Notes: a model not told the origin generated them from the letters alone. 24,000 nucleotides of DNA from an uncultured Spirochaetaceae bacterium (GCA_964616275.1 CAZTUL010000004.1:9551-33550), one strand, 5' to 3'; shown: positions 15,741 through 24,000, counted from the stretch's first letter. Numbers and translations: made by a program.

Positions 15741-17154
15741 ATGTTTCAACTTTATGAAGCAGTGAGTTGATTCTCTCAACGATTCTTTCGGCCCGTTGCG
15801 GTGCATCTCCCACATATTCAGAAGCATCGAGAAGCGAGAGAATCGTATCCTTTTCCATATATTGTAGAATTCGAGCATCTTCACATAACAGGGCAGCCAG
15901 TGGATTTTCTTCACCTTTGAGTACCATAGGCCATGCACTGAGTGCGTGTTCCCTGATCACTTCATGCATCTCCTGCCGATTAGCTCCCTTCTTGCCTAGT
16001 TCCATAAGCACCCGTTCACTTGCCGCAAACAGTCCATATCGATCTAGGTTATGGCGAATACCGATTTCATGAAAAACCGTACCTTCCACAAGCCTGTTAG
16101 CAGTAATGAGAATTTCTTCGGTAGCAAGAAACATTTCAGGAAGAACAACTCGTCTATTTGCGGAATCATCGAGGGTTCGTTCAAGCATAGTATCTGCAGC
16201 ATTATGCCATAAGACGTCTACTTGAGCAGAAACGAACCTGCAGAGAGAATCTATCTTCTCTGCGTTGATAGGGTTCCGTTTAAAGGGCATTGCAGATGAT
16301 CCTACCTGTTTTTCACCAAAGGGTTCACTCCACTCACCTATAGGAGGACTTTGAAGCAATCGAAGATCAAGTGCAAATTTTGCCAAAGTCGCACACAATC
16401 CAGCTAACGAGACACCCAGACGCCAGTCCTGTTTCCTGGGATATACCTGGGTTGCAACTTCAAAAGATTTCAGGTCAAGGATTTCCATGACTCGTTTTTC
16501 CAGTTCTGCGGGTGTTGCTCCGGAATCAACCAGGAGGGCCTTATATGAAGCACTTGTTCCCACCGCCCCCTTCAAGCCCTTACCTTTTAGTGAAATGAAT
16601 ACCCGTTCTAATTCTTCGAGATCGTCAAGAAGATCTTGTGCAGTTTGAGCCAATCGATAGCCAACTGTCGTTGGTTCTGCAGGTTGAATATGAGTGAAAG
16701 CCATGCATGGCATACTCAGTGTCTGTGCGATACGATTACCTAATTGGAGTAGAATTTCTTGTACCAATGCGATAATACGCTCCAAAGCTTCTCGTTGACG
16801 AAGAACATCCATATTATCGAGTACATCCATACTGGTTGCTCCGAGGTGGATAATACTACCCCCCACAGAACACTGTTCAGCATAGGTTTTTATTTCAGCC
16901 ATAAGATCGTGATGAATTTCCTGCTCAATTTCACTTGCCCGTTGAATATCGATTTCATCTTTATGTGATTCGAGGTCAGTGACCTGAGCTTTGGTTACCA
17001 GACCCATTTCTTGCTGTACCTTTGCCAAGGCTACCCAAATATGGCGAAGTAATGAACGTTTATGGGTTTCTGACCAAATGCTACGCATGGCTTCACTGCC
17101 ATATCGCCAGGAAAATGGGGAGATGTAGGTCTCATGGTCAAAAATCTGGTTCAT
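15730..17154 (-). CDS. purB: Adenylosuccinate lyase
   Basis: 474 aa with the fumarate-lyase signature GSSAMPFKRNP and N-terminal SPFSWRYGS. It lies immediately downstream of purA (11-nt gap). Confidence 0.92.
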   Translation of the reverse strand: MNQIFDHETYISPFSWRYGSEAMRSIWSETHKRSLLRHIWVALAKVQQEMGLVTKAQVTDLESHKDEIDIQRASEIEQEIHHDLMAEIKTYAEQCSVGGSIIHLGATSMDVLDNMDVLRQREALERIIALVQEILLQLGNRIAQTLSMPCMAFTHIQPAEPTTVGYRLAQTAQDLLDDLEELERVFISLKGKGLKGAVGTSASYKALLVDSGATPAELEKRVMEILDLKSFEVATQVYPRKQDWRLGVSLAGLCATLAKFALDLRLLQSPPIGEWSEPFGEKQVGSSAMPFKRNPINAEKIDSLCRFVSAQVDVLWHNAADTMLERTLDDSANRRVVLPEMFLATEEILITANRLVEGTVFHEIGIRHNLDRYGLFAASERVLMELGKKGANRQEMHEVIREHALSAWPMVLKGEENPLAALLCEDARILQYMEKDTILSLLDASEYVGDAPQRAERIVERINSLLHKVETSKR

Positions 17155-17165
17155 GTAATTCTCTC

Positions 17166-18434
17166 TTATAAAATAATTATCTGATCGCGTTCTGGTCCAA
17201 CACTTACAAATTTCATTGGAGCTCCAGTTAGTTCTGCGATTCTATTAACAAAACTCTGTGCATTTTTCGGTAGATCGTTCCAAGTCCTTGCTTCGGTGGT
17301 ACTGCACATCCATCCCGGGACTTCTTCATAGACTGGTTCAGCCTTCTCCTGTCCTGCAGTATCGGGAAGATCGGTGATTAACTCTCCATCAATCATGTAC
17401 CCGGTACAAATCTTAATAGTCTCAAAGGTATCGAGTACATCAAGTTTTGTAATAGCTATGCTTGTAAAGCCATTAATCCAGCAGGAAAAAGAGGCTGCTA
17501 CGGCATCAAACCATCCACAACGACGGGGTCTTCCTGTGGTTGCACCATATTCACCGCCGATATCCCGAAGTTTTTCGCCAGCTGCATCGAATAGTTCGGT
17601 AGGGAAGGGCCCTCCACCGACTGAGGTTGAGTAGGCTTTCACCACTCCGATTATCTCATTAATATACCTCGGTGAAATACCAGCTCCGCTGGGAGCACCC
17701 CCTGCAGTTGGATTACTACTTGTTGTGTATGGATAAATACCCCAATCAAGATCTCGCATAACACCGAGCTGACCTTCAAGTAAAATCTCTTTATTCTCCT
17801 GAACTGCTCTCTTTATGATGGGATGTGTATCAATTATCTGCTTCCCAAAACGATTGTTCCAACGTGCACAATGTTCCATGAGTTCTTCAATATCGACTTC
17901 GGGCAAACCGTAATAAGCCAGCTGTCGATTCTTCTGGGGGAGGAGCATTTCCAATCTGGTTCTCAGTCGTTTGGGGTCGAGAATATCTGAAGCTCGAATA
18001 CCAATTCGGGAAGCTTTGTCACTATAGCAGGGGCCGACACCGCGCTTTGTGGTACCTACCGCCCAGCCACTTTTCTTACTCGCCTCTTCAGCCCCATCGA
18101 GCATGCAATGCAGTGGTAGAATCAGATGAGCACGACGGTCAATAAATAGATTGCTTCCGTCCACACCGGCAGAGGCAATAGAGGAGAGTTCAGTTTCCAT
18201 GGTATCAAAATTCACCACAGTTCCAGCTCCTACGACGCATACTGTTTTAGGATTGAAGATTCCAGAAGGGATGATATGAAGGGCAAACTTGCCTTTATCG
18301 TTGATCACCGTATGTCCTGCATTATCTCCGCCTTGAAATCGGATAACTACTTCGGCCTGTTGTGCAAGGTAGTCTACAATTCTTCCTTTCCCTTCATCTC
18401 CCCATTGGGCTCCTACAATAGCTGTAATGCTCAT
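17166..18434 (-). CDS. purA: Adenylosuccinate synthetase
   Basis: 422 aa with GAQWGDEGKGRIVD (P-loop), GGDNAGHT, TTKRGVGP and GATTGRPRRCGW motifs. Confidence 0.95.
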   Translation of the reverse strand: MSITAIVGAQWGDEGKGRIVDYLAQQAEVVIRFQGGDNAGHTVINDKGKFALHIIPSGIFNPKTVCVVGAGTVVNFDTMETELSSIASAGVDGSNLFIDRRAHLILPLHCMLDGAEEASKKSGWAVGTTKRGVGPCYSDKASRIGIRASDILDPKRLRTRLEMLLPQKNRQLAYYGLPEVDIEELMEHCARWNNRFGKQIIDTHPIIKRAVQENKEILLEGQLGVMRDLDWGIYPYTTSSNPTAGGAPSGAGISPRYINEIIGVVKAYSTSVGGGPFPTELFDAAGEKLRDIGGEYGATTGRPRRCGWFDAVAASFSCWINGFTSIAITKLDVLDTFETIKICTGYMIDGELITDLPDTAGQEKAEPVYEEVPGWMCSTTEARTWNDLPKNAQSFVNRIAELTGAPMKFVSVGPERDQIIIL

Positions 18435-18447
18435 ATAGACTCCTTAG

Positions 18448-18984
18448 TCAGCAATTTTTCTGTGCAAGCATGTTCTGCTCATGCAATTCGTGTTCATCAA
18501 TATCTATGGCATCCCACGGATATTTTATCCATACATCATCAATCTCCTCACCGGCAAAGTAACGGACAATTTCGGGAGGGAATTCGGCATCTTTCTTCTT
18601 ATTCTTGTTATGCAGAACGAGAACTGCAATTTCCTCAGGATCATTTTTTAACAATTCACGAATACAGTAACTGAGGGTAGCTCGGGTATCGTCTACTTCA
18701 TCAATCAACAGAACTTTTTTCCCGCGCAGCTGTTGCTGAGTCTCATCTATCCATTGAATTTTCTGAGGGTAATCGCTATGAGTTTGATCTATACCATAAT
18801 AGGAAATTCCTACGGCATAAATCGGTCTGTTGATATAGGTTTTTACAATACGGGCTGGAATAAATCCTCCGGAACCAATTGCCACAATTACATCTGGATT
18901 GTAACCGGATGCCACAAGGCGGTCTGCAAGCGACTTCACTAACTTGTGAATCGACGCATACCCTACATAATACTTGTTGTTCAT
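18448..18984 (-). CDS. Purine phosphoribosyltransferase, Gpt-like (xanthine/guanine PRTase family)
   Basis: 178 aa. The PRPP motif is KVLLIDEVDDTRATL. The N-terminal KYYVGYASIHKLVKSLADRL...VIVAIGSGGFIPARI and C-terminal DVWIKYPWD parallel E. coli Gpt (KYIVTW...IHARKLASRL...IAVSRGGLVPG...TWIEQPWD). Confidence 0.7.
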   Translation of the reverse strand: MNNKYYVGYASIHKLVKSLADRLVASGYNPDVIVAIGSGGFIPARIVKTYINRPIYAVGISYYGIDQTHSDYPQKIQWIDETQQQLRGKKVLLIDEVDDTRATLSYCIRELLKNDPEEIAVLVLHNKNKKKDAEFPPEIVRYFAGEEIDDVWIKYPWDAIDIDEHELHEQNMLAQKNC

Positions 18985-19003
18985 GAATCTTCCTTTTTAT
19001 TGT

Positions 19004-19567
19004 CTATTCGATTACCGGTACCATTTCAGCAATATAGGGGAGTGTTCGGTACTGTTCAGCATAATCCAATCCATAGCCGACCACCCAGACATCGGGTATT
19101 TCAAAACCAATGTAATCTAGTTCCACATCTACTTTTCTTCTATTGGGCTTGTCGAGCAGTACTACCGTTTTTAGCGATTTTGGACTTCGGGCTTTAAAGT
19201 TTCTGCATAAGTAGTCCAGTGTATATCCACTGTCAAGAATATCTTCCACAATCATGACATGGCGGTCTTCCAGATTTTCTCTGGTATCCATTATCAGTCG
19301 TACATTACCGGTGGATTGTGATGATGCCCCGTAGCTTGATAATGAGATGAAATCGACTACGTGGGGAATCTTCAGCTTGCGGCAGAGGTCGGCCAGAAAA
19401 ATGAAAGAGCCTTTCAATACTCCAACAAGTATAAGGCTCTCTGTAATTCCTTCGTACTCTTTATTTATCTGATAAGCAAGCTCATCTACACGACGTTGGA
19501 TAGTGTCTGCGTCTATCAACACACGAACCAAGTCCTTCGTGAGAGCGGGAATCGCGATAGATGTCAT
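19004..19567 (-). CDS. hpt: Hypoxanthine(-guanine) phosphoribosyltransferase
   Basis: The track ORF is 19004..19636. I prefer the ATG at 19567 (MTSIAIP...), which has AAAGGAG 5 nt upstream and gives a normal 187-aa Hpt. The PRPP motif is VMIVEDILDSGYTL, and VGVLKGSFIFLADL and VGYGLDYAEQYR are also present. The 19636 ATG overlaps a TTGACA hexamer (19636-19631), a possible weak promoter whose -10 element is poor. Confidence 0.9.
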   Translation of the reverse strand: MTSIAIPALTKDLVRVLIDADTIQRRVDELAYQINKEYEGITESLILVGVLKGSFIFLADLCRKLKIPHVVDFISLSSYGASSQSTGNVRLIMDTRENLEDRHVMIVEDILDSGYTLDYLCRNFKARSPKSLKTVVLLDKPNRRKVDVELDYIGFEIPDVWVVGYGLDYAEQYRTLPYIAEMVPVIE

Positions 19568-19660
19568 GGTCGCTCCTTTTTGGTATGCAATTATCGGTTC
19601 AATCATGGCATAACAAGAAAACTGGAGCGGTGTCAAGACTGCACATATACAGCATCGTGT

Positions 19661-21295
19661 CTATTCTGAAGAAGAAAGCGAGTCAATCGCTTCAACAGCA
19701 TTATGAAATATTGCACTTCTTCCGACTGTTGTGTCGAATCCTCCTCGCGTGAACTGGTGTGCAACTTGAGCTTGCAGACCACAGAATATGAGCGAAACAC
19801 CCCGATTTTTAAGTGATGCATGTACCTCTTCCAAAGCAATCATTGCACTGTGGTCGATACTGGGAACACCCCGAATGGAGAGAATTATTTTCCGGGCACC
19901 TTGGTTTGCAATATCTTCAAGCGAAGAGACTAATTGATCCTGCGTCCCGAAAAAGAGCTGTCCTGTTACATAGACCAATTTTACTGAAGTGTCCCTGTTT
20001 GCAAGATTCCGACCTCTTTCGTGTCGTTCATCGATGTTTGATGTGGTAATCTCGAGATAGGCACTACGTATGACAAAAAGAAACATTGAAAGCGAAATGC
20101 CGATTACAATAGCAATCGTCAGATCAAAAACAACGGTTGCAATCATTGTTATGAGAAACTGTGTGATTGATGTTTTATATCGCTTTTGAAAAAAGGTGCG
20201 TATGCTTTCCCACTCGTTCATTCTCCAGGCAGTAACCATGAGAATGCCGCCAAGTGAAGCGAGGGGAATTCGGGACATGATTGGTCCGAGGAGAAACATC
20301 GATGCAATGAGCGTTGCTGCATGGAAAATACTGGTAAGTCTCGTTCGTCCTCCCGACTTAATTGCAACGCTTGTTCGTGCAATAGCTGCGGTTGCAGGAA
20401 CACCGCCAAAGAAGGGTATAAGAATGTTGCCGAGCCCTTGAGCAATGAGCTCCTGCTTAGCATTGAGACGCTCTCCTCGCATTTTTCCTCCTGCAGCACC
20501 GCAAAGCAGACTTTCTATCATGCCCAAAGCAGCAATGCTCAGTGCAGGAAGCAAAATAACCTGAAAGAGTTCTAGGTCCAACATAGATAATGTAAGGCGA
20601 TGCTCAAGAAAAAGTGAGCGGGGTATTTCACCGACATCGGGAACAGAGAATGGTCCGAACATATGAACGATGAGAGCTGCAATTATTCCGACAAGCGATG
20701 ATGGAATCCGGGCATTCCACCGTTTTGGCCACAGAATCATAATAAGTATGACCAATATGCCGAAGAAGAGAGATTGCAATTGGATACTTTGACCTCCTTG
20801 CACATAGGAGATAATTTTTTGGATTATTGACTCTCCATGACTTTTAATTCCCAACACATTATCTATCTGACCAAATGCAATCAGGATAGCAATACCCGAG
20901 GTAAATCCAGTTATTACCGGTGATGGAATTATGGAGACTATTTTTCCTGCCGACAGCAGGGCTGCAAGTACAAGAAAAATTCCCGAAAGCATTCCAGCTG
21001 CGAGAACACCTTCAACTCCGTATCGAGCTGAGAGGGGGAGTAAGATTGCCGCCATTGCTCCTGTGGGACCGCTGATCTGGAAAGAGGCTCCCCCTAAAGC
21101 ACCAATCATAAATCCAGCAAGGATGGCGGTAATGAGTCCCGCCGCGGCATCTGCTCCAGAACCTACGCCGAAGGCAAGTGCCAAGGGTAGTGCAACTGCT
21201 GCTACAGTAAGTCCTGCAAGTATATCTTTAACGAGGTTCTCTCTGGTGTATCCAGAAAATTCTCTGCGAATCATATGTGGAAATGGAAAATTCAT
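19661..21295 (-). CDS. SulP family anion transporter with C-terminal STAS domain
   Basis: The track ORF (GTG at 21502) carries a 69-aa non-hydrophobic extension. The ATG at 21295 (MNFPFPHMIRREFSGYTRENLVKDILAGLTVAAVALPLALAFG...) has an AAGGAAG SD and the canonical SulP N-terminus. A multi-TM core is followed by a STAS domain (VKLVYVTGQLFFG...ILSIRGVPSIDHSAMIALEEV). Confidence 0.85.
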   Translation of the reverse strand: MNFPFPHMIRREFSGYTRENLVKDILAGLTVAAVALPLALAFGVGSGADAAAGLITAILAGFMIGALGGASFQISGPTGAMAAILLPLSARYGVEGVLAAGMLSGIFLVLAALLSAGKIVSIIPSPVITGFTSGIAILIAFGQIDNVLGIKSHGESIIQKIISYVQGGQSIQLQSLFFGILVILIMILWPKRWNARIPSSLVGIIAALIVHMFGPFSVPDVGEIPRSLFLEHRLTLSMLDLELFQVILLPALSIAALGMIESLLCGAAGGKMRGERLNAKQELIAQGLGNILIPFFGGVPATAAIARTSVAIKSGGRTRLTSIFHAATLIASMFLLGPIMSRIPLASLGGILMVTAWRMNEWESIRTFFQKRYKTSITQFLITMIATVVFDLTIAIVIGISLSMFLFVIRSAYLEITTSNIDERHERGRNLANRDTSVKLVYVTGQLFFGTQDQLVSSLEDIANQGARKIILSIRGVPSIDHSAMIALEEVHASLKNRGVSLIFCGLQAQVAHQFTRGGFDTTVGRSAIFHNAVEAIDSLSSSE

Positions 21296-21404
21296 GGGGA
21301 TTTCTTCCTTGGAAAGATACTGCGAATGGCTATCGACCAACATGATGGGTATATCACTCAACCCATACAAATACAAGTAATGAAGCGGTGTCCGGACAAC
21401 AACA

Positions 21405-21433
21405 TTGACGGAATAATGAATGAAAATTATAGT
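21405..21433 (+). promoter_or_regulatory. Candidate sigma70 promoter of the flavin-reductase-like gene: TTGACG-17 nt-TATAGT
   Basis: TTGACG at 21405-21410, a 17-nt spacer, and TATAGT at 21428-21433. The track ATG at 21420 lies inside the spacer, which supports the 21453 start. Confidence 0.5.
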
Positions 21434-21452
21434 ATGCAGCGAGGGGGCAACT

Positions 21453-21962
21453 ATGTTTGAACAGATAGATTTGAAATCACTGGAACTTAATCCGTTTACC
21501 ACAATTCAACAGGATACATTCCTAGTCACTGCAGGAACTGAGGATGCATGGAACACGATGACAGCCGGCTGGGGTTTTTTGGGAGTTATGTGGGCTCGCC
21601 CTGCATTTGGGATTGTAATTCGCGATTCTCGTTTTACCTATGAATTTCTCGAGAACTCTCGAGGTTTTACCTGTTCGTTTTTCCCACCTGAATGGAAGAA
21701 AGCCCTTCAGTTCTGTGGCTCTCATTCCGGAAGAGATACCAATAAAGAGGAGGCTACAGGACTCACAAGTGTGGTAATTCCTGAAACCGATCTCATTACA
21801 TTTGAGCAGGCAAACTTAGTCTTCTGTTGTACACAAGCATCAAGAACAGATATTTCACCATCTGATTTCTTGCTCCCTGACATTGAGAAACATTATCCGA
21901 GAAAGGATTATCACCGACTTTATATTGGATTTATTGATCAAATGCTTGTACAAAGTACCTGA
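21453..21962 (+). CDS. Flavin reductase-like (FMN-binding split-barrel) domain protein
   Basis: I prefer the start at 21453 (MFEQIDLKSLELNPF...), which has a GAGGGGG SD 5 nt upstream. The pattern NPFTTI..DTFLVTAG......NTMTAGWG..G.....P.F.I.IR..R.T is typical of the flavin_reduct family. Confidence 0.68.
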   Translation: MFEQIDLKSLELNPFTTIQQDTFLVTAGTEDAWNTMTAGWGFLGVMWARPAFGIVIRDSRFTYEFLENSRGFTCSFFPPEWKKALQFCGSHSGRDTNKEEATGLTSVVIPETDLITFEQANLVFCCTQASRTDISPSDFLLPDIEKHYPRKDYHRLYIGFIDQMLVQST

Positions 21963-21966
21963 AGGG

Positions 21967-21987
21967 GTCAGTACACGTGCACTTGAC
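21967..21987. terminator. Imperfect palindromic hairpin between the convergent flavin-reductase-like gene and purH
   Basis: GTCAGTACACGTGCACTTGAC gives about 7 bp with one bulge and one mismatch around a 4-nt loop. It is the only structure in the 40-nt gap. Confidence 0.3.
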
Positions 21988-22002
21988 TCGCGTCATTGAA
22001 CA

Positions 22003-23604
22003 CTAACCGTGTAAAAAACCCCTGATTCCGGTATACACCATGGCGATATCTGCCTCATTGCAGGCATCAACAACCTCCTGATCCCGAATAGAACCACCTG
22101 GTTGGATGATTGCTCGTACACCTGAACCTTTTAATGCATCAATACTGTCACGAAATGGGAAAAAAGCATCACTTGCGAGAACCATCGGATTTGCTGCTCC
22201 ACTCTTTGTGAGTGCTATGAGAGTTGCATCTACACGAGATACTTGCCCACCACCAATTCCACAGGTGACTCTCTGTGCTGCGGTTACAATTGCATTTGAT
22301 TTAACATGTTTTACCACTTTCCATGCAAATAGGAGGTCTGCAAGCTCATCGTCAGTCGGTGCCCTATGTGTAGCTACAGTAATATCATCCCGTGTAATAG
22401 ACGCATTGTCCCGTTCCTGTATGAGAAGGTCGCTGCCTAGTGCACGACTTGTTAAGTGATTGGTGAGAGGAGGGATCGGGCCAGTTTCGAGTACACGAAG
22501 ATTCTTTTTTTTCTTGAGAATAACTAGCGCCTCTTCTGTGAAGGAGGGTGCAGTGAGTACTTCAAAGAATATTGAAGAGAGAAATTCTGCCATCTTCTTA
22601 TTGCATACTCTATTTACAGCAATAATTCCGCCAAAAGCACTACGGGAATCTGCCTCGAAGGCGTATGTGAGAGCCTTCGTTATATCTTCATGTACAGCGA
22701 CACCGCATGGAGTTGCGTGTTTTACAACCACACACGCTGGTTCTGAGAATTCTCTCAGTGTATCGATGGCTCCTTGGGTATCGCCTAAATTGTTGAAAGA
22801 TAGTTGCTTCCCCTGTAGAACTGCACATTGTAAAAGACTGAACGGGTCGGTCTTACCTGGTACCAAACGTCCTCGATATACTGCGGCCCGCTGATGTGGA
22901 TTCTCTCCATATCTCAGCAGACGGTCCTCTTTCTGTACAGTTCTTCTTGTATCGGTATGAAGTTCATAGGTAAGTGTGAGTTCAGCCGGAAACTGTTCCT
23001 CATTGAGATACTGGTGTATGAGTGCATCGTAAGAAGCCGTATGGCCGAATGCTTTTGTTGCAAGTTCTTTTCGTAATGCATACGGTACAGATCCTTCACT
23101 GGTTAATGCAGAAGCCACCCTATCATAGTCTGCTGCGTAGGTGAGTACAGTAACCCAAGAAAAGTTCTTTGCTGCAGAGCGAACCATGGTCGGTCCACCG
23201 ATATCAATATTCTCGACTGCATCATCCAGGGAGGTGCCGTTATTATTAATAGTCTGAGCAAATGGATAGAGGTTGCACACTACGAGATCAATCCACGGAA
23301 TACCATGGGTTTTTGCATCTGATGCATGCTGATCTCTCAAACCCAGTATTCCACCAGCGATGATTGGATGAAGTGATTTTACGCGACCATTCATCATCTC
23401 CGGAAACTGTGTGAGTTTTTCTACTGGAATTACTGCAATACCTTCAGACTGCAAGAGAGAAGCAGTTCCGCCAGTAGAAATAATCTCTATACCCTGAGAG
23501 ATTAATACACGTGCCAATGCAACAATTCCAGTTTTATCAGAAACTGAAATAAGTGCCCGCTTAATGACTGTGGGTTTGGTATTCATATGTGTGGTGTACC
23601 ACAT
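22003..23604 (-). CDS. purH: Bifunctional AICAR transformylase / IMP cyclohydrolase
   Basis: 533 aa with RALISVSDKTGIV (MGS-like cyclohydrolase domain), VCNLYPF, VVVKHATPCGVA and IIQPGGSIRD. The start is ambiguous: ATG 23604 or ATG 23586 (MNTKPTVIKRALISV), and neither has a strong SD. Confidence 0.93.
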   Translation of the reverse strand: MWYTTHMNTKPTVIKRALISVSDKTGIVALARVLISQGIEIISTGGTASLLQSEGIAVIPVEKLTQFPEMMNGRVKSLHPIIAGGILGLRDQHASDAKTHGIPWIDLVVCNLYPFAQTINNNGTSLDDAVENIDIGGPTMVRSAAKNFSWVTVLTYAADYDRVASALTSEGSVPYALRKELATKAFGHTASYDALIHQYLNEEQFPAELTLTYELHTDTRRTVQKEDRLLRYGENPHQRAAVYRGRLVPGKTDPFSLLQCAVLQGKQLSFNNLGDTQGAIDTLREFSEPACVVVKHATPCGVAVHEDITKALTYAFEADSRSAFGGIIAVNRVCNKKMAEFLSSIFFEVLTAPSFTEEALVILKKKKNLRVLETGPIPPLTNHLTSRALGSDLLIQERDNASITRDDITVATHRAPTDDELADLLFAWKVVKHVKSNAIVTAAQRVTCGIGGGQVSRVDATLIALTKSGAANPMVLASDAFFPFRDSIDALKGSGVRAIIQPGGSIRDQEVVDACNEADIAMVYTGIRGFLHG

Positions 23605-23722
23605 TTTCTTACCATATTGCTACCCGCCGAGAACTCTTTCCTTTTTTTTCCTGACTCGTTACAATGGCGATACCTCTGCGGTATATCCTACAGAGGGAAA
23701 CGATTCTAGGAGAGGCTATAAC

Positions 23723-24000
23723 ATGGAGATCGATGTACGGAACCTGCATCCTCTTGAGATCAGGCTACTCAGGCATGTGTCAACTGGTGAACCAATTACT
23801 TCCCAACGGTTGATAGATGAACTGGATTATAAGATTGGACAATGTAACCAATCTTTCAGCTGGCTTTCAGCTAAAGGTTACATAGAAGAGAAGGGACGTA
23901 CATTTCGCACGCTGTTCGAACTTACCGAACTTGGTCGGCAACAGTTGGAACAGGGAACTCCCCCGCAGCGTATCCTTACACTGCTTCAGGAAAAAGGGCC
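23723..24000 (+). CDS. pheS: Phenylalanyl-tRNA synthetase alpha subunit, archaeal/eukaryotic-type N-terminal winged-helix region (partial; continues beyond the window)
   Basis: ATG with an AGGAGAGG SD 6 nt upstream. MEIDVRNLHPLEIRLLRHV...ITSQRLIDELDYKIGQCNQSFSWLSAKGYIEEK...ELTELGRQQLEQGTPPQRIL resembles the repeated DNA-binding-fold N-terminus (L.P.E.K.L) of archaeal-type PheS as found in spirochaetes. Only 92 codons are visible and no catalytic motifs are in the window. Confidence 0.65.
   Translation, partial: MEIDVRNLHPLEIRLLRHVSTGEPITSQRLIDELDYKIGQCNQSFSWLSAKGYIEEKGRTFRTLFELTELGRQQLEQGTPPQRILTLLQEKG

Noticed and set aside
21389-21398. Perfect 10-bp palindrome TGTCCGGACA in the divergent SulP / flavin-reductase control region. 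Also GTAGTACTAC at 5118-5127.
   Set aside because: About twenty perfect 10-bp palindromes are expected by chance in 24 kb. There is no second copy and no associated regulator to support an operator role.
19568-21502. N-terminal extensions of hpt (23 aa) and SulP (69 aa, GTG start), which would create overlapping or unusual gene architecture
   Set aside because: Internal ATGs have strong SDs and give canonical family N-termini. The extensions are non-conserved-looking and, for SulP, would overlap the divergent gene's promoter.
23605-23722. Possible ZTP (pfl) or purine riboswitch upstream of purH, and likewise upstream of hpt (19568-19660) and SulP (21296-21452)
   Set aside because: I could not find the conserved cores: GGGUCGUGACUGGCG / CCGCCUGGGC for ZTP, and UAUAAU..GGAUAUGG..CUACC..CCGUAAAU for purine. 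Only a short 6-bp hairpin (23673-23696) is present. An Infernal scan would be decisive.
1-24000. Search for CRISPR arrays, IS or transposon ends, integrons, toxin-antitoxin pairs, or defence-island gene content
   Set aside because: No spaced direct repeats were seen. There are no terminal inverted repeats flanking a transposase-like ORF. I recognised no nuclease, ATPase, methylase or reverse-transcriptase signatures. Apart from two hypotheticals (8179-9420, 13141-13743), every sizeable ORF is assigned to a housekeeping or metabolic family.

Overview
This window is a compact, gene-dense stretch of bacterial core metabolism. I could not support any mobile element, CRISPR array, toxin-antitoxin pair or recognisable defence system from the sequence.

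Gene order:
- Minus strand: an oadG-oadA-oadB Na+-pumping oxaloacetate decarboxylase operon. oadB is not in the ORF track because it runs off the left edge.
- A Nudix hydrolase followed by a SIMPL/DUF541 lipoprotein, convergent with a GNAT acetyltransferase.
- A GH36 alpha-galactosidase, divergent from an uncharacterised 413-aa mutarotase-like protein.
- tRNA-Cys(GCA).
- A DeoR regulator, an Ldh_2-family dehydrogenase and a malic enzyme, behind a perfect consensus sigma70 promoter.
- A 200-aa helical hypothetical protein.
- A long AlaX-type editing protein overlapping a YqaA/DedA-like membrane protein.
- Minus strand: a SulP/STAS transporter upstream of hpt, a gpt-like PRTase, purA and purB.
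- A flavin-reductase-like protein, purH, and the start of an archaeal-type pheS.

The archaeal-type PheS N-terminus and the gene content suggest a spirochaete-like organism. This is inference at low confidence.

Most noteworthy observations:
1. OadA carries two tandem biotinyl-carrier domains that share a near-identical 45-nt DNA core.
2. The self-contained DeoR/Ldh_2/malic-enzyme operon has an unknown substrate.
3. A SulP transporter is apparently co-oriented with the purine salvage operon, with no terminator between them.
4. Two proteins cannot be assigned a function by eye: 8179-9420 and 13141-13743.

Five ORF-track starts look over-extended, and I corrected them using Shine-Dalgarno and promoter evidence. 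I found no convincing novel multi-gene system, and all novelty claims here are modest.
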